DNA of 63,698 bases, the filler included, from Octopus bimaculoides (taxonomy: Eukaryota), in NCBI RefSeq assembly GCF_001194135.2. It is 4 parts of 4 records of this genome, joined end to end, with 100 filler letters (N's around TTAATTAATTAA, not from the genome) between each part and the next. Parts side by side here need not be neighbours in the genome. Positions count along the whole stretch, not along the records: positions 22,691 to 41,330 come from NC_068983.1; 3 more parts are not named here. One strand, given 5' to 3'. Below are positions 25,073-37,319 of the stretch, piece after piece. Position numbers and translations under genes: made by a program. The notes under the pieces are model-generated. The model was given only the letters and a program-made list of their open reading frames with translations. It was not told the DNA's origin and ran no database searches. Each line of letters opens with the position of its first letter. The first letter of the stretch is position 1.

Positions 25073-25797
25073 NNNNNNNNNNNNNNNNNNNNNNNNNNNN
25101 NNNNNNNNNNNNNNNNNNNNNNNNNNNNNNNNNNNNNNNNNNNNNNNNNNNNNNNNNNNNNNNNNNNNNNNNNNNNNNNNNNNNNNNNNNNNNNNNNNNN
25201 NNNNNNNNNNNNNNNNNNNNNNNNNNNNNNNNNNNNNNNNNNNNNNNNNNNNNNNNNNNNNNNNNNNNNNNNNNNNNNNNNNNNNNNNNNNNNNNNNNNN
25301 NNNNNNNNNNNNNNNNNNNNNNNNNNNNNNNNNNNNNNNNNNNNNNNNNNNNNNNNNNNNNNNNNNNNNNNNNNNNNNNNNNNNNNNNNNNNNNNNNNNN
25401 NNNNNNNNNNNNNNNNNNNNNNNNNNNNNNNNNNNNNNNNNNNNNNNNNNNNNNNNNNNNNNNNNNNNNNNNNNNNNNNNNNNNNNNNNNNNNNNNNNNN
25501 NNNNNNNNNNNNNNNNNNNNNNNNNNNNNNNNNNNNNNNNNNNNNNNNNNNNNNNNNNNNNNNNNNNNNNNNNNNNNNNNACTTCTGCTCATGATCAGAG
25601 ATGCACATATCGTCAGCCACCAAGGGACATGCTCAACTGGTTAAGGTCAAACAACTGACAAGCAAATCTGTGGTATTAAGCAGAATATTTGCTGTAGCCC
25701 ATCTTTTTATACCAAGACAAAACAATGTACATGATAACACTTCCAATCATTTAAGATCAGAAGCCATGAGAGCCACTGCCTGGTACTGCATCCGGGC

Positions 25798-25860
<63 letters not shown>

Positions 25861-26301
25861 ACACGTACGCACACTTATATAAAAATTCCCAATAAGTGTG
25901 AGTTACAATGGAATGGAATTGATATTTTACACCATCATTACTCTGAGTTACACATTATCCTTTCTTTCCAAAAAAGACGGAACATTTTATCATGATTTAC
26001 TTGCTCATTTTATAAAGATATCACATATTTGGTAAAATGTGACTTATACTTCTGGTGATTCTAAAATTTGAAGTTTAACATTGAAAAGATTTAGATATAA
26101 TGATAAGAAATTAAAGCTGACTAAATGGGGGAAATGTGAGATGAATAAAAGCAAATATAAATAACATATAGAAATATGAGATAAAGAAAGAGACTGTACG
26201 CGGTCGGTAATTCACCGAAAAATAATAACTATCACTAGTTAACAAGGATGGCGTTAGGCCTCAAGATTATGTAATTGTTATGACTTGTAATTGAAAGAAG
26301 T

Positions 26302-26360
<59 letters not shown>

Positions 26361-26520
26361 TGTTGTTGTTCTTTACATTTTCGTTGCGTTTATCTCCACA
26401 TGTACATCCACATCTGTAACAACCTTGACAGCTAATACATCTACCTTTTTTGCAAGTACATGATAATTCTGACATAACTGCCGATTGGGTGAAGCAAAAT
26501 CAAAATCTGGACTACCTGTG

Positions 26521-26555
<35 letters not shown>

Positions 26556-26619
26556 AATGGTTTAGAAGCTTACATTAAGACAACTTATGAGGGACACATT
26601 TCTACATGTAATGTCACAG

Positions 26620-27260
26620 ATAAAGAGTTTTCTTTATCCATCTCTGGAGCAGAAATGAAACAATGTGGTGTTTGTTGCTTCCCCAAGCATGTAATACAAT
26701 ACATTAAACGGCATGTGTGCCCAGAACATGAAATGCTATTGAATGATGCTATGGAAAAATTATATCTTTTATTTGGTCATCGTGTGAGAGTACTTAATCA
26801 ACGCAATAGGATTGATGAAATAATGTTCAATTTACGTTTAGAAGATGCTATGGTTGTTATGGATTTCAAAATGAAATTCGAAGCTATATACTGTAGGGAA
26901 AAAAACTACAGATTTTTACGGTAAGAAAGGGTCATCGTGGCATGGAACCATGATGTATACAAGATACACCGATGAAGAACGGTGTAATATTGAAAATTTA
27001 AAGGATTATCGTATCACTTACTTCGATCACATTTCTACCGGGGATAGTAAGCAAGACTATGTGGCTGTTATGTCCTATTTTGATGCAAGTATGTAGACAA
27101 ATATCGACCAAATTCCATACATTCAAAATCTTTATGTACAATCTGACAAAGCAAGATGTTATAAGAAGGGAAACTTATTATTTACATTATATAAAATTTC
27201 AGATAAATACAACCTTAAACTTTGTACTTTTGTACACAGTAGTGTACAAGATGGTGTACA
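26620..27260 (+). mobile_element. Relic DDD transposase, Sola-like (superfamily uncertain)
   Basis: VVMDFKMKFEAIYCREK, frameshift in the A-run near 26900, then TTDFYGKKGSSWHG...SKQDYVAV...YVQSDKARCY...SVQDG. Confidence 0.6.
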
Positions 27261-28306
27261 AGAAAATATGGAGATAATTAGAAAATTTAAAAAAATATTG
27301 GTGATCATATGGCAGTACAGTTTGATTCGACAAGAAATTTCGTTTCAGTTTATGAAAATTCGAACTTACCATTGACAGCAACATACAACGTTATCAATGA
27401 GTGCGAATGTGTGTATATGAGTTTGTGTGTATAAGTATGTATGCATGTTTGTGTATGTGTATATGAGTGTTTATCCCCTGCCATCGCTTGACAACCGATA
27501 TAGTTATGTTTACATTCATGTAGCTTAGAGATTAGGCAGAAGAGACCGATTAACTAAGTGCCAGCCTAAAATAAGTACTGGGATCAATTTATTCAATTAA
27601 ATATTCATCAAGGCGGTGGTCCAGCATGGCCCCAGTCTAATGACTGAAAAGTGTAAAGGATAAAAATAAAAGGAAAATAGTATATATCACGTGGATCGGT
27701 CGGGCTGACTGGCACTGAGTCAGCTCCACTGTCTAGAGCATTCGCTCTATTCCCGTTGTGTTCTTGCCATTCTCCTCTACATTGTTCCAAGCATCATTTT
27801 CCTACCTGATTGGTCTCTTCCGTTCGGGCGGGTACCACTCGGCAACTGCACTTGTCCACCGATTGTCTGTGAAATTGGTTGATCCTCGAGAGAGTCATGA
27901 GTTGGTTACCTCTCCTGTCAGTATATGTATGTCCTTGAACTCTTCTTACAGCATTAAGTGTATTTTAACTCTTCTTTCTTGCTATGTAGGTACTTCGGCA
28001 CCCTTAAGTAGACTTAGTGAGGACTGAATTTTTACTATACTGTATCACATCGGCATTGGTGTTATNNNNNNNNNNNNNNNNNNNNNNNNNNNNNNNNNNN
28101 NNNNNNNNNNNNNNNNNNNNNNNNNNNNNNNNNNNNNNNNNNNNNNNNNNNNNNNNNNNNNNNNNNNNNNNNNNNNNNNNNNNNNNNNNNNNNNNNNNNN
28201 NNNNNNNNNNNNNNNNNNNNNNNNNNNNNNNNNNNNNNNNNNNNNNNNNNNNNNNNNNNNNNNNNNNNNNNNNNNNNNATATATATATATATATATATAT
28301 ATATAT

Positions 28307-28730
28307 AACAGCAGGGATAAAGACTTGTACTCAATAAATGGAGCCTATATGACTGAGGCCATTATTTAGGAAGCCATCGTAAATTCCACGAACGCTAATA
28401 ATACAGTTTCATCCAAGAGACATGTAGGTCTCACAGAGGGAAATTTGAAAGGAAAATTCAATAATCACAGGTTATGCTTCAGAATAAACGGATTTCCAAA
28501 TTATCCAGTTAGAAATGGTTAAAATATACAACTTAAAAGAACAAGGTGTCAACTACAGGATTAACTGGAAATCTTAGCCAAATGTAAACCTTATACCAAC
28601 GGCAGTGGCAAGTGCGGTCTTTGTAATATAGCAAGATGGCTCCTCTGGAAAAGTTCCTTGGACCCCGCTACATGTTTAAAACCAAGAACTGAACTTCTTG
28701 GATCATGTCTACATGTAACAAATTACCTGT
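28307..28730 (+). mobile_element. Penelope-like GIY-YIG endonuclease fragment
   Basis: CTLNGA.MTEAII.EAIV...VGLTEG.F...NHRLCF...INWK.LAKCKPYTNGSGKCGLCN...RTELLGSCLH. Confidence 0.8.
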
Positions 28731-28969
28731 TACGGTTTTGGGTCCCCCAAGATCATGGCTAGATGCACATTTCTACTATGTTTCTGCACAAGCTTTCCAT
28801 TAATTTTTAATTTTTAACTATTTATTTTTTATATACATTTTTCATTTACTCCTTTTTCCTTTTTAATTGTGTGAGTGTGTGCGTATGTATGTATATGTAT
28901 ATGCATGTATATATATCATATGTATAGTTAAATAGATACGCACATATACATGCACCCACATACACACAC

Positions 28970-29019
<50 letters not shown>

Positions 29020-30025
29020 GCAGGGATAAAGACTTGTACTCACTAAATGGAGCCTNNNNNNNNNNNNNNNNNNNNNNNNNNNNNNNNNNNNNNNNNNNNN
29101 NNNNNNNNNNNNNNNNNNNNNNNNNNNNNNNNNNNNNNNNNNNNNNNNNNNNNNNNNNNNNNNNNNNNNNNNNNNNNNNNNNNNNNNNNNNNNNNNNNNN
29201 NNNNNNNNNNNNNNNNNNNNNNNNNNNNNNNNNNNNNNNNNNNNNNNNNNNNNNNNNNNNNNNNNNNNNNNNNNNNNNNNNNNNNNNNNNNNNNNNNNNN
29301 NNNNNNNNNNNNNNNNNNNNNNNNNNNNNNNNNNNNNNNNNNNNNNNNNNNNNNNNNNNNNNNNNNNNNNNNNNNNNNNNNNNNNNNNNNNNNNNNNNNN
29401 NNNNNNNNNNNNNNNNNNNNNNNNNNNNNNNNNNNNNNNNNNNNNNNNNNNNNNNNNNNNNNNNNNNNNNNNNNNNNNNNNNNNNNNNNNNNNNNNNNNN
29501 NNNNNNNNNNNNNNNNNNNNNNNNNNNNNNNNNNNNNNNNNNNNNNNNNNNNNNNNNNNNNNNNNNNNNNNNNNNNNNNNNNNNNNNNNNNNNNNNNNNN
29601 NNNNNNNNNNNNNNNNNNNNNNNNNNNNNNNNNNNNNNNNNNNNNNNNNNNNNNNNNNNNNNNNNNNNNNNNNNNNNNNNNNNNNNNNNNNNNNNNNNNN
29701 NNNNNNNNNNNNNNNNNNNNNNNNNNNNNNNNNNNNNNNNNNNNNNNNNNNNNNNNNNNNNNNNNNNNNNNNNNNNNNNNNNNNNNNNNNNNNNNNNNNN
29801 NNNNNNNNNNNNNNNNNNNNNNNNNNNNNNNNNNNNNNNNNNNNNNNNNNNNNNNNNNNNNNNNNNNNNNNNNNNNNNNNNNNNNNNNNNNNNNNNNNNN
29901 NNNNNNNNNNNNNNNNNNNNNNNNNNNNNNNNNNNNNNNNNNNNNNNNNNNNNNNNNNNNNNNNNNNNNNNNNNNNNNNNNNNNNNNNNNNNNNNNNNNN
30001 NNNNNNNNNNNNNNNNNNNNNNNNN

Positions 30026-30419
30026 NTATATGCATACACCAGCACCTACACCATCATCCAAACACCTACACATGCACACACGCATACGTCAAGGTCACCA
30101 GCCCCCTTCCACACGCACATACACGCTCTCACATACACATGCACGCGCACCTTCGTTTTGGGATCACCACTACTTTATTATCGTCCCTTCTTCCTAGCTT
30201 TCCTGTGTGACCTCTCTGTCTGGCATTCGCCATGATAGATCGCTAGCCACTAATACCTTTTCTATTTTCTCTCCCTGTTTATTTGTGTGTTCCTTTCTGT
30301 CGAAGAGTGTAGGCTCGAAGCATAAAAGACTTCCTCACTTCCCGAGTGTTAAACTAATACATCTGTTTGTTGTTTACACAACCATCTTCGTCTCTTGCTT
30401 TTTGTAAACTCTCACTGTA

Positions 30420-30482
<63 letters not shown>

Positions 30483-30670
30483 ATGTGTTTGTATTGTTGA
30501 AATTTACAGAAGAACAATAGATGAAGACAGCTGTATAAACAGCAAGGAGGTGTTTTAGTTGAATGCTCGAGAAGGTGACAAAGTTTTTTGCGTTTCGAGC
30601 CCACGCTCTTCAACAGACAGGAACACGAGGAAATAAACAGAGAGAGAATAAAAGAAACTTGTGGGTTTAG
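30026..30670. mobile_element. Two diverged Penelope-like 3' tails in inverted (tail-to-tail) orientation around (CTAT)n
   Basis: 30250-30420 (+) aligns to the reverse complement of 30484-30660 and to 22900-23100. Confidence 0.65.
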
Positions 30671-31680
30671 CCGTCAATTTATGTGCCTGTATGTCTGTAT
30701 ATATATTCTTACTTTCCATTTATATATGTACATGATTATACACATATATGTGTGTATGTATGTATATATATATATATATATATGCATACACACACACACG
30801 CGCGTGATTGAGCGTGCGTGCGTGTGCTTGTATGCGCGCGTGTAAACGTTAATATATGGATGCAAAATACAATGTGTGATTTTTATACTACATAGAGTGC
30901 TAATGTCATATAACGTGGACAATTTATTCTTACCAATATTTGCCTTTGTGTATGACCTTCAACGCGTTTCCTTTCCTATAATTAAATATGACAAATGTTT
31001 TTCTTGAGTTTTCGATATATAAACGTAAAACTATATGCGATCTCATCTGTTCTGAAATCGCCAGAAGTTGTTTACATTATCTTTAACATCTTCTATAAGC
31101 CACTTTTTATTATTATCTTTCCTTTCTTATGTATTTGCAACTAACTTCACTGAGGATTTCTCAGACAGTTGTTTCCGTTTTGTTTTCAGTCCATTAGAAA
31201 AACACAAATCGAAACAAATCTGTTTCCCATATGATTGTTACTGGTTGACTTATATAATCAACTACACCGATATTTTCTTTGAATATATTTGCTTCAGTTT
31301 TGTCAAATCATTCCCCGCCAAAATTCTTTAGTTTAAACACATGGTATGCTCATAGTTAGCATCCATTATAGGGGAGACAATCTCTCCCAGATAAAGATAA
31401 GTTGATGCGGATTTAAAAGTTTGGAATTTACATCAACATATGTGTAGAAAGTATACACGTTTAATATATTTTTCATCACTATTTGTTATTATTCAATCTC
31501 GAAGGAGGGACGCACAGATATATATCTAAATTTGACGGACACAATGATCTACCAAATGTATTATCCTTCCTCTACTGGTTGCTTATACTTGACATTTTGC
31601 GAACTATATCTGCCAACATCACGAAATAATTCCGAGCATCCACAAACACCTGTCAGACCTGTAACACAATACCTCCCTAC

Positions 31681-31718
<38 letters not shown>

Positions 31719-31739
31719 AAGATAAAAGATAATGAGAAA

Positions 31740-31920
31740 GCATAGGCAATTATCTGGGAGATAATTAGTAGAGCCAAAACCGTATAGTAGAAAAAGGTGT
31801 AAATTAGAAGAAATTTATCAAATTCTTACATCAGAATTTAAATTAACAAACCACATGCAGGAAAGCGCAATAGGATGTGTTCATCAATCGAAGTATACCT
31901 TTAAGAGATTTAAATAATCG
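31740..31920 (+). mobile_element. Penelope-like GIY-YIG C-terminal remnant
   Basis: IIWEIISRAKPYS..RC...IYQIL pattern like that at 28560-28700. Confidence 0.45.
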
Positions 31921-32116
31921 TATGATACGTCCTACTAAAATTAGAATCAGAATTAAGTAAGCCATAGCAAATAAAGAACTTAATTAGATCTAAATTCGTA
32001 CATAAATTAAGGTTAATTTTAAAGAGTTGAAAACGAATTATAAGTTGAATAAAATTAACTATAACAAAAAAATATTGAATTAATTTAAAAATTAGCAAAT
32101 AAATAGTATTCCCATA

Positions 32117-32162
<46 letters not shown>

Positions 32163-32378
32163 TTATGTTTGACTTTTGTTTTGCATTTGTACAAGTTGGA
32201 TCCAAGTCTCACCCAGAGACCTCAAGAGACAACAAGTTAGAAGTTCATGTAGGTGTTATGCCTAGGGTACCATATATTTGGATTTGTACAGTTTTGTTCA
32301 AGTGAATGTTTAAGAAACCATAAGAAAATTATGTTTGNNNNNNNNNNNNNNNNNNNNNNNNNNNNNNNNNNNNNNNNN

Positions 32379-32434
<56 letters not shown>

Positions 32435-33185
32435 TCAAAAAGGATTGACGTAACTCTTCACAAAGGTAAACAGTCAAGACGAAGAGCGCGATTCGATTGT
32501 AAGATATTTTATTAGTTGATCGATATTTCAACAGTTCGTCTGTCTTTGTCAAGTTCAAAATAAGAAGTGATAAAAATTCAAAATTACAGAAATTTAAACG
32601 TAAAGTATGAACGCGTTTATTACTGTTCTTATTCTAACTCATAACCGTGCGTGTGCTTATTTGGCAAAACTAAAAATGACTATCCCGAAATAAAACAATA
32701 CCTGCCTCAACACACGATTTCACATCAGATATTTTGCAACACAAATTCATAAACGTATATATGTAATAAATTAATAAATATCAGAAGAGATTTACACATC
32801 CAAGTTTTATTGTACAGTTAATCACATCTTTCCTTGTCAGGACCTACACACGTTTCCGCTGTTAGCCGGTACACACTGCAAATTGTGCGTCTTGGTGTTA
32901 ATTACCGGTGCTGCTTCATCATGATTATATTTAACTGTAGTTCGGATATCATCTGAATAGCGTATATGCTCAACCAAAATTATTCTTTTGTGTGGTGTTA
33001 GCGTTACTAAAAAATAGTCATATATCTTGAACTTTTAACCTGGCCATCAAGGAATTCACTACAACCAAGTATCTTAAATTTGCGATGTTTTTAAGGTTCT
33101 ACTTCCTATTCTAGCTTCCCATTCCATCGATGTAGAATATTATTCTTATTTTATTCAAATGCATCAAGTTACTTCGTTTGTTGAC

Positions 33186-33189
<4 letters not shown>

Positions 33190-33223
<34 letters not shown>

Positions 33224-33512
33224 GTTTTTTTTCTTCAAATTTTCTTCCATTTCTCGCCGAGTGTTTTCCGTACACCTAGGGCAGAGAAGCTCATTGTATG
33301 CATTCCCAGTTTACACACGCAAATTCACAGGTAAAATATGTATGTAAAAAAAAAAAAATAATAATAAATTCATGAATGGATGTTGTTTTCACAGCGATAA
33401 AGCTCTTCTCAGTACACCAGTTGTTCCAGTTAACACGATGTTTTGCATTTCCTGTAGGGATGGTAGGCCTGGTATCATTTTCAAATAGGTTTCAGTACCT
33501 TATTATTATTAT
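33190..33512 (-). mobile_element. Very short R4/Dong-type 3' end between (AAT)n tracts
   Basis: Minus strand IPGLPSLQEMQNIVLTGTTGVLRRALSL* plus 3'UTR; (ATT)n on both + strand flanks. Confidence 0.65.
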
Positions 33513-34529
33513 NNNNNNNNNNNNNNNNNNNNNNNNNNNNNNNNNNNNNNNNNNNNNNNNNNNNNNNNNNNNNNNNNNNNNNNNNNNNNNNNNNNNNNNN
33601 NNNNNNNNNNNNNNNNNNNNNNNNNNNNNNNNNNNNNNNNNNNNNNNNNNNNNNNNNNNNNNNNNNNNNNNNNNNNNNNNNNNNNNNNNNNNNNNNNNNN
33701 NNNNNNNNNNNNNNNNNNNNNNNNNNNNNNNNNNNNNNNNNNNNNNNNNNNNNNNNNNNNNNNNNNNNNNNNNNNNNNNNNNNNNNNNNNNNNNNNNNNN
33801 NNNNNNNNNNNNNNNNNNNNNNNNNNNNNNNNNNNNNNNNNNNNNNNNNNNNNNNNNNNNNNNNNNNNNNNNNNNNNNNNNNNNNNNNNNNNNNNNNNNN
33901 NNNNNNNNNNNNNNNNNNNNNNNNNNNNNNNNNNNNNNNNNNNNNNNNNNNNNNNNNNNNNNNNNNNNNNNNNNNNNNNNNNNNNNNNNNNNNNNNNNNN
34001 NNNNNNNNNNNNNNNNNNNNNNNNNNNNNNNNNNNNNNNNNNNNNNNNNNNNNNNNNNNNNNNNNNNNNNNNNNNNNNNNNNNNNNNNNNNNNNNNNNNN
34101 NNNNNNNNNNNNNNNNNNNNNNNNNNNNNNNNNNNNNNNNNNNNNNNNNNNNNNNNNNNNNNNNNNNNNNNNNNNNNNNNNNNNNNNNNNNNNNNNNNNN
34201 NNNNNNNNNNNNNNNNNNNNNNNNNNNNNNNNNNNNNNNNNNNNNNNNNNNNNNNNNNNNNNNNNNNNNNNNNNNNNNNNNNNNNNNNNNNNNNNNNNNN
34301 NNNNNNNNNNNNNNNNNNNNNNNNNNNNNNNNNNNNNNNNNNNNNNNNNNNNNNNNNNNNNNNNNNNNNNNNNNNNNAATAATAAATTCATGAATGGATG
34401 TTGTTTTCACAGCGATAAAGCTCTTCTCAGTACACCAGTTGTTCCAGTTAACACGATGTTTTGCATTTCCTGTAGGGATGGTAGGCCTGGTATCATTTTC
34501 AAATAGGTTTCAGTACCTTATTATTATTA

Positions 34530-34561
<32 letters not shown>

Positions 34562-34564
34562 TTT

Positions 34565-36195
34565 TGTAATTATTACTATTTGTAATTGCACTAATACCCA
34601 TAACGATGACACTTAGGAAAGGTAGGATGGGTTACCGATGTGAGAAGAAAGGCCCATCATTGAACCATCTTCTGTTTATGGATGACCTGAAATTGTTTGG
34701 GAAATCTGAAAAACAGATAGTTTCCTTAACCAAAATAGTTCAGAAGTGTGATAGGGACATCGATATGGAATTTGGGATTACCAAATGCTCAATACATAAT
34801 ATGAAAAGAGGGAAGAAAGTAGCCTGCAGAGGATTGCGGTTACCATCAGGAGAGACCATGGGTGAACCCGACAGTAGTGAGTATAGATATTTAGAGATTT
34901 TGGAGCTGGATGACATTCTACACAGAGAAATGCAAATCATGTTCAGCGAGACGTATCAAAAAAGGGTGAAGATGGGGTTGAAATCCAACCTGAATGCCAA
35001 ACATTTGATTACCGCAATGAATATCTGGGCAGTTGCGGTGGTCAGATATTGTGCGTCCATCCTCAAATGGACTAAGGAAGAAATATCAACACTGGATAGA
35101 AGGACAAGAAAGTTGATGACGCTGCATGGGGCGCTACACCCTAAAGCAAACGTTAAAAGGCTGTATATGAAAAGAAAGAATGGTGGCAGAGGACTAATTA
35201 GTATAGACCTTTGTATAGGTGGTGAAAGGAGAACGCTTGTCGAGTGTTTGATAAATAGTGATGAAGACCTGCTGCAAAATGCCGTGAAAGATATGGGTGT
35301 AAATGCAGATGAAATGATGGGCAAGGAAGAGTTTAACCAAAGAGCTGAGGAGAAGAGAAAAGATCTTCTTAAAATGAGAATGCATGGACAGTTTGAAAGG
35401 AATACACAGGACGTTAAAGACAATACAGCATCGTGAACATGGCTTGATCGAGATGATTTGAAGCGTACCAGCAAAAGCCTGATTTATTGCTGCACAAGAC
35501 CAAGTTCTCGCTACCAAGTTAGTGAAGTGTAACATCTATAAAACTTCTGAAACCCAGAAATGGAGACTCTGTGGAAAAAGTGGGGAAAATGTGATCCACT
35601 TGGGGCACAAAAAGAATACAAGCGCCATCACAATAAAGTGTGTGTGTGCATCTTCATTGGTTTTTATGACGTAAATATCAATATGAAGTAACAGAGAACT
35701 GGTATGGTCATGTACCTAGTTAAGTTATGCAGGGGGATGCAAAAGTAATGCTACTCTGGGACTAAGATCTTCAGACGGATCGTGTAATCGAATACCGTCG
35801 GCCAGATATATATTGTCATAGTGAATAAGAGAGACAAATACAGTCAGACCATAGATGTAGCCATACTAAATTACATGAATGTTGTGAGTAAAGAGGTTGA
35901 AAAAATCACCATGTACTCCGAATCGTAAGTGGAAATGGCAAGACTGTATGGAATGCGAGAGGGTAATATAAAAGTGATACCAGTGGTGATCGGAGCGTTG
36001 GGCTCAATCCCAATGAAACTTCAAGACTTCTTAAGGCAACTGGAAATTCCATGCAAGATTGATGCCTTGCAAAAAGCAGCCTTATTGGGCACAGCGCACA
36101 TCTTAAGGAAAATATTATCTGTCTGAGGTCCTTGTTTTGACTTGACAGATGACGAAAGACTCTGGTACATTTTTACCTACACTGTGTTACGAAGG

Positions 36196-36197
<2 letters not shown>
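34565..36197 (+). mobile_element. 5'-truncated R4/Dong-type RLE non-LTR retrotransposon
   Basis: RT with HLLFMDDLKLF (ORF 34606-35436), AAQDQ motif, decayed zinc knuckle, LWD..QTD..RPDI endonuclease, VIGALG...ALLGTAHILRK end; followed by (TAA)n 36198-36225. Confidence 0.92.
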
Positions 36198-36226
<29 letters not shown>

Positions 36227-36879
36227 GTCAAGACGAAGAGCGCGATTCAATTGTAAGATATTCTATTAATTGAACAATATTTCAACAGTACGTCTGTCTT
36301 TGTCAAGTTCAAAATAAGAAGTGATAAAAATTCAAAATTACAGAAATTTAAACGTAAACTATGAACGAGAGCAACCAGCGTCTATACATTGATGAAATGA
36401 CATCAACAGTTTTTAAGTTACAATTTTATAACAGGCGAAAAGAAAAAGACAGAAAAAATAGAGAAAAGAAGACGACAGAAAAAAAGGAAACAAAAAGAGA
36501 GAAAGAAGAATATTCAATCAAACAGTTTTGTATAAATTTGATGATATTCTCCTGTCATCTTATTCATTCCTCTTGGGCGTGATGTTAATAACCCACAAAC
36601 ATATTTCTCCTCATACATTCTGAGAAGTGAAAGTGGAACAGATTCAGAATATTTTCTGAGAATATGCAGTTTCAAATCTTCAAAATTGCAGCCGCTTGAA
36701 ACGAAATATTAAGCAAGTTCTGTAGAAATTCTGTTATCGTGCCTGACGTCGAATCTGTGCCCATTAAACCTTTTGTTTAATCGTTCTGTTGAACAACCAA
36801 CATCAATTAAGTTGTGTTCGTGCATTCTGCAGCGTATACCAAATGGGAAACTTTATATGTTCCACCTTCTGTATAAATC

Positions 36880-37319
36880 ATAACATTTAATGACATACAA
36901 AAGCATTTGCATGTTTCCAGTAATCCCCCATGTCAGTACAAATCCGTTTTATCCTAAAAGATTCCCACACGGCGTCAGACACCACATAGAGGTCTACATC
37001 AAGTACCTGGAGGAGGTAGTATTGCCCTGAGTCAAAAGAGTGGCTGCTGGAAGACCCCATGTCTGGCAACAAGATACTGCACCAAGCCACACAAGCGGGA
37101 GAACCCAGTCATGGCTGCCAGACAATTTCTGCGGCCACATCACTCCTAACATCTGGCCACCTAACTCCCCACGCTGCAATTCCCTTTATTATGTGTGGGG
37201 CACAGTTGAGCGAGAGACCAACGAAACTCCATGTAATAGCAAAGATGAACTGAAGGCAATGCTTATGGCAGCATCCACCAACTTAAAAACAAGGAAACCG
37301 TATTGAAGAGTTGCAGGAG
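36880..37319 (+). mobile_element. Second copy of the DD37D Tc1/mariner family, truncated by gap
   Basis: WQQDTAPSHTSGRTQSWLPDNFCGHITPNIWPPNSPRCNSLYYVWG; clearly homologous to 6010-6861. Confidence 0.85.

Noticed and set aside
32520-32550. CAGACGA...GAAATATC on the minus strand of the 142-bp repeat as another hammerhead
   Set aside because: No helix I and essentially no helix II
33358-34530. Identical ~150-bp sequence on both sides of the 33513-34377 gap
   Set aside because: Typical contig-end overlap artefact; cannot be taken as a real duplication
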